A DNA stretch of 64,000 nucleotides, from assembly GCF_003918875.1 (NCBI RefSeq), contig NW_025766514.1, positions 868,001 to 932,000 on the forward strand, in the 5' to 3' direction. Under the pieces are notes generated by a model. That model was not told where the DNA came from, made no database searches, and saw nothing but the letters and a program-made list of their open reading frames with translations. The DNA is from Haliotis rubra. Its lineage: Eukaryota. Below, piece by piece: positions 11,901 through 21,107 of the stretch. Numbering within the stretch: position 1 is the stretch's first letter; each line of letters starts with the position of its first letter. A program made the position numbers and the translations under genes.

Positions 11901-13484
11901 GAGTTTGGTGAATCCAGTAAGTAAACTTTAAGAGATATGCACCAGACAAAGTTTCGAGACAGAAGGAAGGACGGAAAGAACGTTATATACCCCCATTACT
12001 TTGTAAGCGGGGTATAATAATAAAATCTGTAGAAAACTTTAAGAATATAGCTACTTATGATTTAACAAGTACCTTCCCTGATAAGCTTTCATCTGTATTG
12101 ACACACTAGCGTCCACGTGGATAGACTTACCCTTCCAGATAGGGAAGAACATAGAGAATATACCCACGATGCCCTTCTGTAGGTAGCCACCCAGCTTGAG
12201 CTGGATATACAGGGCCGGGGTGCAGATGAAGAATGTCAGGAGGTACAGCGCGATCACCGACATCCCCCCTGAAACATCAGTACATAGTGTAGAGTGAGTG
12301 AGTGGGTTTCAGTTACAAATAGTTCCCAAATATAAGTACCTTGGAATGTTCATGACAAGTAAGCTAACATGGATTTCAACTCATTCACAACTTTCACAGC
12401 AAGAGAGAAAAGTAACTTTCGGATTGATAAGGTTCATCATAACTTGACATTACCAGATCATTACTGTTATTTGACAGGATCACTGTACCAATACTAGAAC
12501 ATATGGATCAGAGATTTAAGGGTTTCAAGTATGAAGAACACATCGAGAAGATTCATCATCAGTTTTGCAAACAGATGTTGGGAGTTGGAAGAAAACGAGT
12601 AACACAGCTGTTCTAGGTGAACATGGATGATGTCACACTTGCTTGATAACGGTGTTAGCATCTACACCGAAATGTCGGTGACTATCCATAGTACTTGGTT
12701 TTCCTTCATCTTTACAACTTCTAAAATGCCTCTCAAAGAAGTATTGTATATAAAAAAACGTATCAAGCTTTGGTTGAAAGTACTGCATATGCCAGACGAC
12801 AGACACTCGAAACAGAGCGAGTTCTACTGCTGCTTTGAACGGTATTCCAATTATAACGCAGTATGTCAGCCTTACTGTCTAGGAAAGCCTGGGGTGATAC
12901 AGGCTTCAAATGTTCACCACTCAGGTTCAGCCCACAAGGAAAGGTATGGCGTAGACAAACATGAGTAGAACAAACTGGGATTTGGATCCACAAAATTTGA
13001 TTTTGACATGCATGAGAGAGACGAACTCACCTCAGATATTTGTTGCACCTCAGACCTCTATTATGACGTCATGAATGTCTACAGTTAAGATGCGCAGATT
13101 GATGCTCATGCTGTTGATCAGTGGATTGTCTGATCCATACTCGATTATTTACAAACCACCGCCATATAGCTGGAATATTGCTGTGTGGCATAAAACTAAA
13201 CTCACTCACTCACTCCCTACAGTTAAGAATTCTAAGGATTGTGACACGGTAAGCATGACATTAGCGTATACAAGTAACTTGAAAAATACGTAGTGAAACT
13301 TTACAGGACACTCTCTACATAAATGTTCACCAAATTTTCTCCCTGAAATATGTCGACACGCTTGCTGCAAATGTACGACCTGATCACGTGACTTACCCTC
13401 CGGCGGCCTCATGAAGGACAGGTAGCAGGTGAACAGCGATATGAAGATGAACTGCATGGGGTTCCAAGGGGCTATCTCTCCCAT
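2369..13484 (-). CDS. Atypical SLC6/NSS (SNF-family) 12-TM transporter-like gene, 14 coding exons, ~614 aa: 13484-13397, 12268-12131, 11065-10891, 10383-10333, 9056-8884, 8437-8297, 7315-7209, 7014-6902, 6512-6391, 5835-5683, 4719-4623, 3900-3827, 3237-3064, 2609-2369
   Basis: Hand-spliced, all GT-AG, phases chain 1,1,2,2,0,0,2,1,0,0,1,0,0. SLC6 landmarks are in the right order: LKLGGY...FPIWKGVG (TM2-TM3), PYVWGNC...FC (EL2 cysteines), AEELFYR..LQLSTG, GPGLVLWQMP (EL4), AGMYY (TM10), YTFPKPWKIVSW (TM12). Needs removal of one base at 8900-8905 and one at 2510-2522. Confidence 0.9.
2826..3060. repeat. Minisatellite (GACCACTGGCTGTGTGTGTAT, 21-25 bp) with embedded (TG)n, starting at the exon 13 donor
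   Basis: direct inspection. Confidence 0.9.
3064..3237 (-). CDS. SLC6-like exon 13: GMWFTLFLKTYDRDLMYEEVNYTFPKPWKIVSWCIAVLPYIGILLGALHTLFTTHGPG (TM11-TM12)
   Basis: cccaacag acceptor, gtatgt donor, 174 nt phase 0-0; Y..YxFPxW..GW-like motif. Confidence 0.9.
3238..3775. repeat. 35-bp minisatellite (~15 copies) duplicating the exon 13 splice acceptor
   Basis: minus-strand unit ...gtactcctcacag|GGTGTATGG versus real ...gtactcccaacag|GGCATGTGG. Confidence 0.92.
3827..3900 (-). CDS. SLC6-like exon 12: KQNFALAERIIMGLWLFVSALFTA (first half of TM11)
   Basis: tgtttcag acceptor, gtgagt donor, 74 nt phase 1-0. Confidence 0.85.
4067..4507 (+). mobile_element. Non-autonomous pogo/Tigger (Tc1-mariner superfamily) element with a DDE_1 remnant; contains a short LINE-type 3' end with (ATT)n tail at ~4352-4429
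   Basis: TA|CAGTGCACCCTGG...CCAGGGTATACTG|TA; remnant VTIHFQPPTRSHLQPRDAGIFQSFKAHYRR resembles Tigger FLPPNTTSxLQPxDxGII..FKxxYR; second copy at 48276. Confidence 0.88.
4623..4719 (-). CDS. SLC6-like exon 11: AGMYYFILIDQSISKVQFILVILLAFGLLVVY-V (TM10)
   Basis: ttcttcttcag acceptor, G|gtgagt donor, 97 nt phase 0-1; matches GGMYxFxLxD...xYG. Confidence 0.92.
4755..5722. repeat. Compound minisatellite (24-bp and ~50-bp units) duplicating the 3' end and donor of exon 10
   Basis: repeated minus-strand GCTAAAGGAATGGGGATTCTACAGACAACCAAG|gtagatac, nearly identical to the exon end (AKGMGILQTTK). Confidence 0.92.
5683..5835 (-). CDS. SLC6-like exon 10: VVGSLTIVDNIMDSLEEWIDKKCCSKIVIHLLMTFVVMCIAKGMGILQTTK (end of TM8, TM9)
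   Basis: gcccag acceptor, AAG|gtagat donor, 153 nt phase 0-0. Confidence 0.88.
6038..6134 (-). mobile_element. tRNA-derived SINE family A, partial
   Basis: A box TAGCCTAGTGG and B box GGTTCGATTC on the minus strand; ~13 copies in window. Confidence 0.85.
6391..6512 (-). CDS. SLC6-like exon 9: QVGPGLVLWQMPAAFTVLNIPPIYAFLFLLSAFLFGLMFL (EL4, TM8)
   Basis: tgtttcag acceptor, gtgagt donor, 122 nt phase 1-0; GPGL motif. Confidence 0.92.
6620..6918. repeat. 26-bp minisatellite (~11 copies) duplicating the exon 8 donor
   Basis: minus-strand unit GAGTCCTGGCATGCRGA|gtaagttct. Confidence 0.92.
6902..7014 (-). CDS. SLC6-like exon 8: TWVLMIGVYALCSQLPPIAMAPYLGDMIFKQQSPGMQ-N (TM7)
   Basis: ttcctttgcag acceptor, A|gtaagt donor, 113 nt phase 2-1. 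Confidence 0.88.
7209..7315 (-). CDS. SLC6-like exon 7: SWHQSLLVVMNSLPVWTIIAATMGKMCGKGRSIRN-I (TM6)
   Basis: cccctacag acceptor, gtgagt donor, 107 nt phase 0-2; positional equivalent of VWxDAATQIFFSLG...YNxxxNNCYR. Confidence 0.88.
7385..8315. repeat. 45-bp minisatellite (~20 copies) duplicating the exon 6 3' end and donor
   Basis: minus-strand unit AATACAGTGCTTTACRT|gtacrtatacaccatgcctacatcccag. Confidence 0.93.
8297..8437 (-). CDS. SLC6-like exon 6: VLFVMGPAALSCLLAVLGYGYTHLDRSAALAYLKQVYSYNSEYSALR (TM5, EL3)
   Basis: tttgcag acceptor, CGT|gtacgt donor, 141 nt phase 0-0; the donor lies in the first unit of the 45-bp array. Confidence 0.82.
8884..9056 (-). CDS. SLC6-like exon 5: HEFLQLSTGVDSMDGFPQWKFTEIARKAEVSLMPVTLAIVWVIIFLLVGFG(GRFCGW) (TM4)
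   Basis: ttacag acceptor, gtagat donor; 173 nt as given, 172 needed, so one extra base in the C6 run at 8900-8905. Confidence 0.85.
9140..9935 (-). mobile_element. 5S-rRNA-derived (SINE3-type) retroposon with CORE-like centre, interrupted by a hAT MITE
   Basis: minus strand 9894-9836 TCGTAAATCAGTGGAAGTGAAGCA-(25 nt)-TGGGTGACCG matches 5S box A/box C spacing; body homologous to 13805-14080. Confidence 0.65.
9262..9692. mobile_element. hAT-type MITE, 8-bp TSD CCGGGTAC
   Basis: TAGTGTTGG...CCACCACTA termini; TSD at 9254-9261 and 9693-9700. Confidence 0.85.
10333..10383 (-). CDS. SLC6-like exon 4 (51 nt): K-ILNNMKSYRRAEELFY-R (EL2)
   Basis: ttgtag acceptor, AG|gtaagt donor, phase 2-2; AEELFYR resembles SLC6 PxEEFWxR. 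Confidence 0.85.
10545..10707 (-). mobile_element. tRNA-derived SINE family A, full length
   Basis: GGGGCGGTGGGGTAGCC head, GCTGGAATATTGCTAAAAGC tail. Confidence 0.9.
10891..11065 (-). CDS. SLC6-like exon 3: VGVVAVIDLLLRLTNLAPIVAQFGTYAFIAISEQPYVWGNCKAIVDQPFCYDGFSEV (TM3, start of EL2)
   Basis: ttacag acceptor, gtaagt donor, 175 nt phase 1-2; W-x-x-C...C of EL2. Confidence 0.9.
11069..11160 (-). mobile_element. 5'-truncated LINE/SINE 3' end (L2/CR1-like stem-loop plus (ATT)n tail) abutting the exon 3 acceptor
   Basis: GCGCTTTGAGCAT...AAAAGCGTAATACAAAT...(ATT)n. Confidence 0.6.
11265..11576 (-). mobile_element. tRNA-derived SINE with a Meta/MESC (RUDI-like) central domain
   Basis: GGTGTAGTGGTTAGAGC A box, GGGTCGATCCCC B box, then GTCATACCAAAAGAC..AAATATGGTGCTTG..CCTGCCTGGCGCTCGGCAT..CAGTATAATGTGTCTGAGTGG. 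Confidence 0.75.
11620..12018 (+). mobile_element. Helentron-associated non-autonomous element (HINE/DINE-1-like)
   Basis: two internal subrepeats containing AGTTTGGTGAA, GACAGAAGGAAGGACGG microsatellite, 3' hairpin ATACCCCC..GCGGGGTAT. Confidence 0.7.
12131..12268 (-). CDS. SLC6-like exon 2: GMSVIALYLLTFFICTPALYIQLKLGGYLQKGIVGIFSMFFPIWK-G (TM2)
   Basis: tgtttcag acceptor, G|gtaagt donor, 138 nt phase 1-1; matches SLC6 GGGAFLIPY...ELALGQ...PLFKG. Confidence 0.92.
12305..12830 (+). pseudogene. Decayed non-LTR retrotransposon reverse-transcriptase C-terminal fragment
   Basis: LQIVPKYKYLGMFMTSKLTW ... YGSEI ... IEKIHHQFCKQMLGV ... TAVLGEHG with frameshifts. Confidence 0.7.
13085..13215 (+). 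mobile_element. SINE family B, 3' fragment
   Basis: GATGCTCATGCTGTTGATCA..CCGCCATATAGCTGGAATATTGCT..AACTCACTCACTC. Confidence 0.85.
13397..13484 (-). CDS. SLC6-like exon 1 (coding part): MGEIAPWNPMQFIFISLFTCYLSFMRPPE-G; degenerate TM1
   Basis: ATG at 13484, in-frame TGA upstream at 13508-13506, donor G|gtaagt; likely acceptor tttcttccag at 13601 makes 13600-13485 5'UTR. Confidence 0.78.
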
Positions 13485-13804
13485 GATGCTGGCTGGTTGG
13501 TCTTGTCAATCACTTGCAGTATCCAATCAAAGTGTTCGTAAAGACTCCACCCAGAAGTGTAACTGTACTGTCAATGTCATGAACAAACCATGGTTGAGAT
13601 CTGGAAGAAAGTTTCAAATAATTGATAAATGTATGTACTGGTTTACGTTCTTGTAAATATTTGTCATTGCGCCAGATACAGGGTGACGCAGTCGCCCTCT
13701 GCTTTTGGCCACCCTCAGGAATATGGGTGAAAAAAATAATTTTATCAGCAGATGACACCTGAAACAAATCAACTCCAGTCAACAGCATGTGTAAGTAATT
13801 ATAT

Positions 13805-14080
13805 AATAATACTAATGGCAATTTATACAGTGACTGTTTTCACACATTTGTGCATGCTCAAAGTGCTATCACATTATTACCCCGGATAACCCAAGCTGTC
13901 CATGAGGCGCTAGCAGGTTAACAGTCACATGACTTATCCTAAAAGGTACCCATTTCCTGCTGCGTGAACTGAGGCAACTTTGAACAAACTCGCTTGCCTA
14001 AGGTGAGACCACATGTATCACATGTGCTTCATTGTTGGGAAGGACTGAAGTCCAGAAACTCTCAGGAGTTAAGCTGTTAC
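13805..14080 (-). mobile_element. Second, 5'-truncated copy of the CORE-like SINE seen at 9140-9935
   Basis: shared GGTACCCATT..CTGC..GTGAAC..TTTGAACAAA..GGAAGGACTGAAGTCC..CTCTCAGGA. Confidence 0.7.
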
Positions 14081-14177
14081 ACACTTATTCCATAGCTTAC
14101 ACTTGTATATTTGAGTTCATTTGCCTTCACATCCATTTTCTAGTTCACTACATGCCAGAAAAACTGCTGATGCGACA

Positions 14178-14396
14178 TAACATATGTTAAAGTTGGGATT
14201 ACACTTTCTCAGTAGAGTATGGTTTCTTGTATTTGTGTTAGACCCAGCCGGGTTTTGAAACCACACTTATAGAGTCAGGCATCTAATCGCCAGGGCACAA
14301 AGTCAACCATCTAACCCACTCAGCCACCACAACTTCCAAACATACTAGAATCTGTACTTAACTGAGGAAACGTAATCCCAAATATAACATGTGTTA
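14178..14396. mobile_element. Interspersed repeat: tRNA-like core flanked by ~58-bp inverted repeats; related copy at 16770-16990
   Basis: 14178-14235 pairs with 14338-14396; minus-strand TGGCTGAGTGGGTTAGA A box; B box GGTTCGAATCC in the 16.8-kb copy. Confidence 0.7.
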
Positions 14397-14649
14397 CACT
14401 GACCCATTTCTAAATGGTATTGTGTATTCATGCTGATGCAATGTTCAATTTTAAATCATTCACTCATTTTCAGCTCACTTAAAATGGAAACCATATCAGC
14501 CATGTGAGGAAACCCAAATTGCCAGAAACTGAGACATTTTTCTGTGCCTAATGAATGAAGTGTATGTTATGTGCTAATGCTACCTCTTAATCAGGGGGTA
14601 TGCAAACTCTGTCCTTTGATAGGATTCAGAAATTACCAGTAGCCATTTA

Positions 14650-14935
14650 CATACAAAAGAAAAGGGAATTCTTGACAGTGACAGAGAGTGGAGGAGATTC
14701 AAGCCCTATCTACCACACTAAAAGTGACAAAAATATAAGGGTTAAAAATCTTTCTAGAAACTCATTCTACCTGTTCATTCAACTTAAAACTTTCCATGAC
14801 AGCACTGACTGACCGAGTATGGTTTTATGCCATCACCAGAAATGGGCTTCACACATTGTGCCATGTGGGGAATCGAACCAGTATCTCTGGCATGACGATC
14901 GAACGCCTTAACCACAAGGCTACCCCACCTCGCCC
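14650..14935. repeat. Local duplication of intron-3 sequence 10385-10707, including its SINE A
   Basis: TTCTTGACAGTG..TTCAAGCCCTATCTACCACAC..GAAACTCATTC..ACTGACTGACCGAGTATGGTTTT followed by the SINE in both places. Confidence 0.85.
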
Positions 14936-15448
14936 ATTTACGTCCGAATGCTATACTAGTGCTACAATGTAACCTAACAAACTGTGCTCTTTACGTCTGT
15001 TTGTAGCCAAGAACAAATTTCCATTGGAACAAGAAATATGATGTTATCTGTCATCTCAGTTGATTTGTTTTCTTGGCTATAATCACCAGGAATCAAGGAA
15101 GGGTGTCTTCGTACCAGAACATATTTCATATGACATGACACAGGCAATACGTGAGACATTGAAAACAAATTATCTGCTTCTGAGTTTGGAATAGATGGAA
15201 TGAAACCTCACACTTTGAAGACACTCACCCCCCTCATAAACAACAGCACTGACTCTCGGCCAGGACTTCATTACCACTCACAACCACCAGAAGTATTAGG
15301 AAACCATAGAGCATGAAATGCTCCCAAGATTAAGTACTAGAAATATTTTCACAATGCTGATTGAAAACGACCCTGCAATGGTAAATCTGTGATGTGAACC
15401 TCAGTACCCTATTAAAGATCACACTGTCTCCCCACCTTACTTGGCATT

Positions 15449-15599
15449 ACGGGGCTAGTCTAGTAGTCAAAGCCTTCACTCGTCATGCTGACTCCGGACT
15501 CCCCACATGGGTACAATGTGTGAAGCCCATTTCTGGTGTTCCCCCCCGTGATATTGCTGGAATATTGCTAAAAGTGGCGAAAAACTAAACTCACTCACT
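15449..15599 (+). mobile_element. tRNA-derived SINE family A
   Basis: homology to other copies, ACTC tail. Confidence 0.85.
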
Positions 15600-16388
15600 T
15601 GTCATTACCACATACAATCAGAGGCAACACATAACCAGTATTTTCTTCCCAATTCCTTCCATGCTTTGTTCATGCATTTTAGTCAGATTAGCTGTTACAG
15701 GTACTGGCAAAAAATATATGTAAAAAAAAAAATCAGTATCCATATACATGTATTTCATATTTCATCTGGTGAGAATTAAAATGCTAAATCTGTTTTTCAG
15801 ATGACAATGTATTTCCCTTTTTGTTTTGTTCATAATCTTCTGAAAACCATTTCGATTACATTTCACCAAATCACAATGATTTTTACAATGTTTTGGTAAT
15901 TAATACGACACGACATATCTAGCTGATGTTCTATTAGTATTTCAAGGAGTTGTTGTCCTAGTGACAGGGAAGTAACAACCATTCAAAGCTGAGGCAAGTG
16001 GAATACACAGAGTCAGTGAGACAAACAAGGCACACGGATTACACAGGATTGTACAATCACCAGCTTCCATAAGAATGTAGTGCAGGCATTGTATACATTT
16101 GTTCTTTCAAAAAAGAAAACAAAATAGATCAAAAGGGTCATTGTGTCACAGATTTCGGAAGAACATAGACTGGCAGACAGATCACAAACTAAAATATCAT
16201 GATGTCAACGTCCATCACTTGCCTGTGTACATCGGTTTTCTGGTATAAACATTCATTAAAGGCATTAGATAAACCACTGTATATGGCCCTAACTATTACA
16301 TACAATATAACCATGCCAGTTTGTGGTCTTCCACACATCACATCTGAGTTTACCCTGAGGAAGTCCCAGAGGATGATGAAGATGTTGT

Positions 16389-16437
<49 letters not shown>
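16389..16437. repeat. (GAT)n microsatellite
   Basis: direct. Confidence 0.95.
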
Positions 16438-17159
16438 AGAAGTGTTTTTCAGTAAGCCAGAAGAAGATACACACAGTATATGATGATGATAAAAGAATAA
16501 TTTTCCCACCAAGAGTACATACAGTATTCTCCTGGAGCAACCACCAGACAATCCCAGCTCACAGGATGTTCCCTACAAGCAGGAATGTTGGTGCGTCAAG
16601 CACTTCCTTGACACAGGGATGTTGATGATTCATTAAACTAGCAATTAATATGAGCATCCTTGTTTGAGGCAGCTCAAGAAAAACAATTCTCTGCAATGTA
16701 AGCAGCTTAATTAATTTCACAAATGTACATGAAAAATTGGTCTCCCTTTTTACAGTGATACAAGTATTTTAACACATGTTATATTTGGGATTAGACTTTC
16801 TCAGTAAAGTACAGATTCTAGTACTTTTGTTGGGTTGAGTCCCACCTGGGATTCGAACCCACACCCTCAGAGTTAGGCACCTAATCACCAGCACACAAAG
16901 TCAGCAGTCTAACCGGCTTCCACAAAAATGGAAGTTACATAACTGGTTACTCAATCTAGACCAGAGACTTTGTGTACCCCTTCTCATAAGTGTAAAATAC
17001 TTGACAGACAACAAACAGAGTGATCGCTCACTGTATCCACCAGCTCATACAATAACTGACTACACACAGAAACATTGTCAATTAAATGACCCTGCTGATA
17101 CCCCTGCATCTCACAGAGTCTCTGAACACTCACAGGTCAGTTCTGTAGGAGATACACGG

Positions 17160-17390
17160 CAGGAGTGGAAATAATTGCTAGTGTACTCCGGAACAGCGGC
17201 ACATGTAAAATCACTTGCCCTGATAATTTTTCCACTATACCGGCCGTTTTCTTGTTGTTTTTAAAATAAACAACATAATTAACATTGGAAAGTCAACTGG
17301 ACACCGGTACAGTGTGATATACAAATTTGCTTGCCCGACAGAAAAAAACACTGGACTCGGAAGTCAGGCAATGGGTTATTTCCACCCCTG
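17160..17390. mobile_element. hAT-like MITE
   Basis: CAGGAGTGGAAATAA / TTATTTCCACCCCTG TIRs; only CACGG duplicated in flanks. Confidence 0.7.
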
Positions 17391-17414
17391 CACGGGTGAT
17401 GGACTAATGACATA

Positions 17415-20400
17415 AGTCTCCAGGAATCTCTATCATGTTGTAAGGGGCAGATGGGGAACTGGGTGACAGTCCAGGAATCTCTACATGTTGTAAGGGGCAG
17501 ATAGGGAGAGGGTGACAGTCCAGGAATCTCTACATGTTGTAAGGGGCAGATAGGGAGAGGGTGACAGTCCAGGAATCTCTACATGTTGTAAGGGGCAGAT
17601 GGGGAACTGGGTGACAGTCCAGGAATCTCTACATGTTGTAAGGGGCAGATAGGGAGAGGGTGACAGTCCAGGAATCTCTACATGTTGTAAGGGGCAGATA
17701 GGGAGAGGGTGACAGTCCAGGAATCTCTACATGTTGTAAGGGGGCAGATGGGGGGAACTGGTGACAGTCCAGGAATCTCTACATGTTGTAAGGGGCAGAT
17801 AGGAAGGTGACAGTCCAGGAATCTCTACATGTTGTAAGGGGCAGATAGGGAGAGGGTGACAGTCCAGGAATCTCTACATGTTGTAAGGGGCAGATAGGGA
17901 GAGGGTGACAGTCCAGGAATCTCTACATGTTGTAAGGGGCAGATAGGGAGAGGGTGACAGTCCAGGAATCTCTACATGTTGTAAGGGGCAGATAGGGAGA
18001 GGGTGACAGTCCAGGAATCTCTACATGTTGTAAGGGGCAGATAGGAGAGGGTGACAGTCCAGGAATCTCTACATGTTGTAAGGGGGAGCAGATGGGGAAC
18101 TGGGTGACAGTCCAGGAATCTCTACATGTTGTAAGGGGCAGATAGGGAACTGGGTGACAGTCCAGGAATCTCTACATGTTGTAAGGGGCAGATGGGGAAC
18201 TGGGTGACAGTCCAGGAATCTCTACATGTTGTAAGGGGCAGATAGGGAGAGGGGTGACAGTCCAGGAATCTCTACATGTTGTAAAGGGGCAGATAGGGAG
18301 AGGGTGACAGTCCAGGAATCTCTACATGTTGTAAGGGGCAGATAGGGAGAGGGGTGACAGTCCAGGAATCTCTACATGTTGTAAGGGGCAGATGGGGAAC
18401 TGGGTGACAGTCCAGGAATCTCTACATGTTGTAAGGGGCAGATAGGGAGAGGGTGACAGTCCAGGAATCTCTACATGTTGTAAGGGGCAGATAGGGAGAG
18501 GGTGACAGTCCAGGAATCTCTACATGTTGTAAGGGGCAGATAGGGAGAGGGTGACAGTCCAGGAATCTCTACATGTTGTAAGGGGCAGATGGGGAACTGG
18601 GTGACAGTCCAGGAATCTCTACATGTTGTAAGGGGCAGATAGGGAGAGGGTGACAGTCCAGGAATCTCTACATGTTGTAAGGGGCAGATAGGGAGAGATG
18701 GGGAACTGACAGTCCAGGAATCTCTACATGTTGTAAGGGGCAGATAGGGAGAGGGGTGACAGTCCAGGAATCTCTACATGTTGTAAGGGGCAGATAGGGA
18801 GAGGGTGACAGTCCAGGAATCTCTACATGTTGTAAGGGGCAGATGGGGAGAGGGTGACAGTCCAGGAATCTCTACATGTTGTAAGGGGGAGGGTGACAGT
18901 CAGATGTTGGGGGCAGATAGGGAGAGGGTGACAGTCCAGGAATCTCTACATGTTGTAAGGGGCAGATAGGGAGAGGGTGACAGTCCAGGAATCTCTACAT
19001 GTTGTAAAGGGGCAGATAGGGGAACTGGGTGACAGTCCAGGAATCTCTACATGTTGTAAGGGGCAGATAGGGAGAGGGTGACAGTCCAGGAATCTCTACA
19101 TGTTGTAAGGGGCAGATGGGGAACTGGGTGACAGTCCAGGAATCTCTACATGTTGTAAGGGGCAGATAGGGAGAGGGTGACAGTCCAGGAATCTCTACAT
19201 GTTGTAAGATAGGGAGAGGGTGACAGTCAGGATCTCTACATGGGCAGTCCAGGAATCTCTACATGTTGGAAGGGCAGATAGGGAGAGGGTGACAGTCCAG
19301 GAATCTCTACATGTTGTAAGGGGCAGATAGGGAGAGGGTGACAGTCCAGGAATCTCTACATGTTGTAAGGGGCAGATAGGGAGAGGGTGACAGTCCAGGA
19401 ATCTCTACATGTTGTAAGGGCAGATAGATAGGGTGACAGTCCAGGGACAGTCCAGGAATCTCTACATGTTGTAAGGGGCAGATAGGGAGAGGGGTGACAG
19501 TCCAGGAATCTCTACATGTTGTAAGGGGCAGATAGGGAGAGGGTGACAGTCCAGGAATCTCTACATGTTGTAAGGGGCAGATAGGGAGAGGGTGACAGTC
19601 CAGGAATCTCTACATGTTGTAAGGGGCAGATAGGGAGAGGGTGACAGTCCAGGAATCTCTACATGTTGTAAGGGGCAGATAGGGAGAGGGGTGACAGTCC
19701 AGGAATCTCTACATGTTGTAAGGGGCAGATAGGGAGAGGGTGACAGTCCAGGAATCTCTACATGTTGTAAGGGGCAGATAGGGAGAGGGGTGACAGTCCA
19801 GGAATCTCTACATGTTGTAAGGGGCAGATAGGGAGAGGTGACAGTCCAGGAATCTCTACATGTTGTAAGGGGCAGATAGGGAGAGGGTGACAGTCCAGGA
19901 ATCTCTACATGTTGTAAGGGGCAGATAGGGAGGGGTGACAGTCCAGAATCTCTACATGTTGTAAGGGGCAGATGGGAACTGGGTGACAGTCAGGAATCTC
20001 TACATGTTGTAAGGGGCAGATAGGGAGAGGGTGACAGTCCAGGAATCTCTGCATGTTGTAAGGGGCAGATAGGGAGAGGGTGACAGTCCAGGAATCTCTA
20101 CATGTTGTAAGGGGCAGATAGGGAGAGGGTGACAGTCCAGGAATCTCTACATGTTGTAAGAAGGATAGCAGATGGGGAACTGGGTGACAGTCCAGGAATC
20201 TCTACATGTTGTAAGGGGCAGATAGGAGAGGTGACAGTCCAGGAATCTCTACATGTTGTAAGGGGCAGATAGGGAGAGGGTGACAGTCCAGGAATCTCTA
20301 CATGTTGTAAGGGGCAGATAGGGAGAGGGTGACAGTCCAGGAATCTCTACATGTTGTAAGGGGCAGATAGGGAGAGGGTGACAGTCCAGGAATCTCTACA

Positions 20401-21107
20401 TGTTGTAAGGGGCAGATAGGGAGAGGGTGACAGTCCAGGAATCTCTACATGTTGTAAAGTTACATGTTGTAAGGGGCAGATAGGAGAGGGTGGGGAGACT
20501 GACAGTCCAGGAATCTCTACATGTTGTAAGGGGCAGATAGGGAGAGGGTGACAGTCCAGGAATCTCTACATGTTGTAAAGGGGGCAGATAGGGAGAGGGT
20601 GACAGTCCAGGAATCTCTACATGTTGTAAGGGGCAGATAGGGAGAGGGTGACAGTCCAGGAATCTCTACATGTTGTAAGGGGGCAGATAGGAGAGGGTGA
20701 CAGTCCAGGAATCTCTACATGTTGTAAGGGGTAAGCAGATAGGGAAGGGTGACAGTCCAGGAATCTCTACATGTTGTAAGGGGGCAGATAGGAGAGAGGG
20801 TGACAGTCCAGGAATCTCTACATGTTGTAAGGGGCAGATAGGGAGAGGGTGACAGTCCAGGAATCTCTACATGTTGTAAGGGGCAGATAGGGAGAGGGTG
20901 ACAGTCCAGGAATCTCTACATGTTGTAAGGGGCAGATAGGGAGAGGGTGACAGTCCAGGAATCTCTACATGTTGTAAGGACAGGAATCTCAGATAGGGAC
21001 AGGGTGACAGTCCAAGAATCTCTACATGTTGTAAGGGGCAGATAGGGAGAGGGTGACAGTCCAGGAATCTTTACATGTTGTAAGGGGCAGATAGAGAGTG
21101 GGTGACA
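17415..21107. repeat. 49-50-bp minisatellite, ~3.7 kb (GGGTGACAGTCCAGGAATCTCTACATGTTGTAAGGGGCAGATAGGGAGA)
   Basis: direct; two interspersed unit variants. Confidence 0.97.

Noticed and set aside
16189-16551. Poly-Ile, poly-His and poly-Met ORFs
   Set aside because: Products of the (GAT)n microsatellite.
13649-16573. Possible upstream minus-strand exons (13757-13649, ~15372-15229, ~16573-16333) with plausible splice signals
   Set aside because: No consistent open frame or recognisable homology; may be 5'UTR exons but cannot be supported without cDNA.
17415-21107. Regular arrays as possible CRISPR loci
   Set aside because: Head-to-tail repeats without unique spacers, no cas genes, eukaryotic context.
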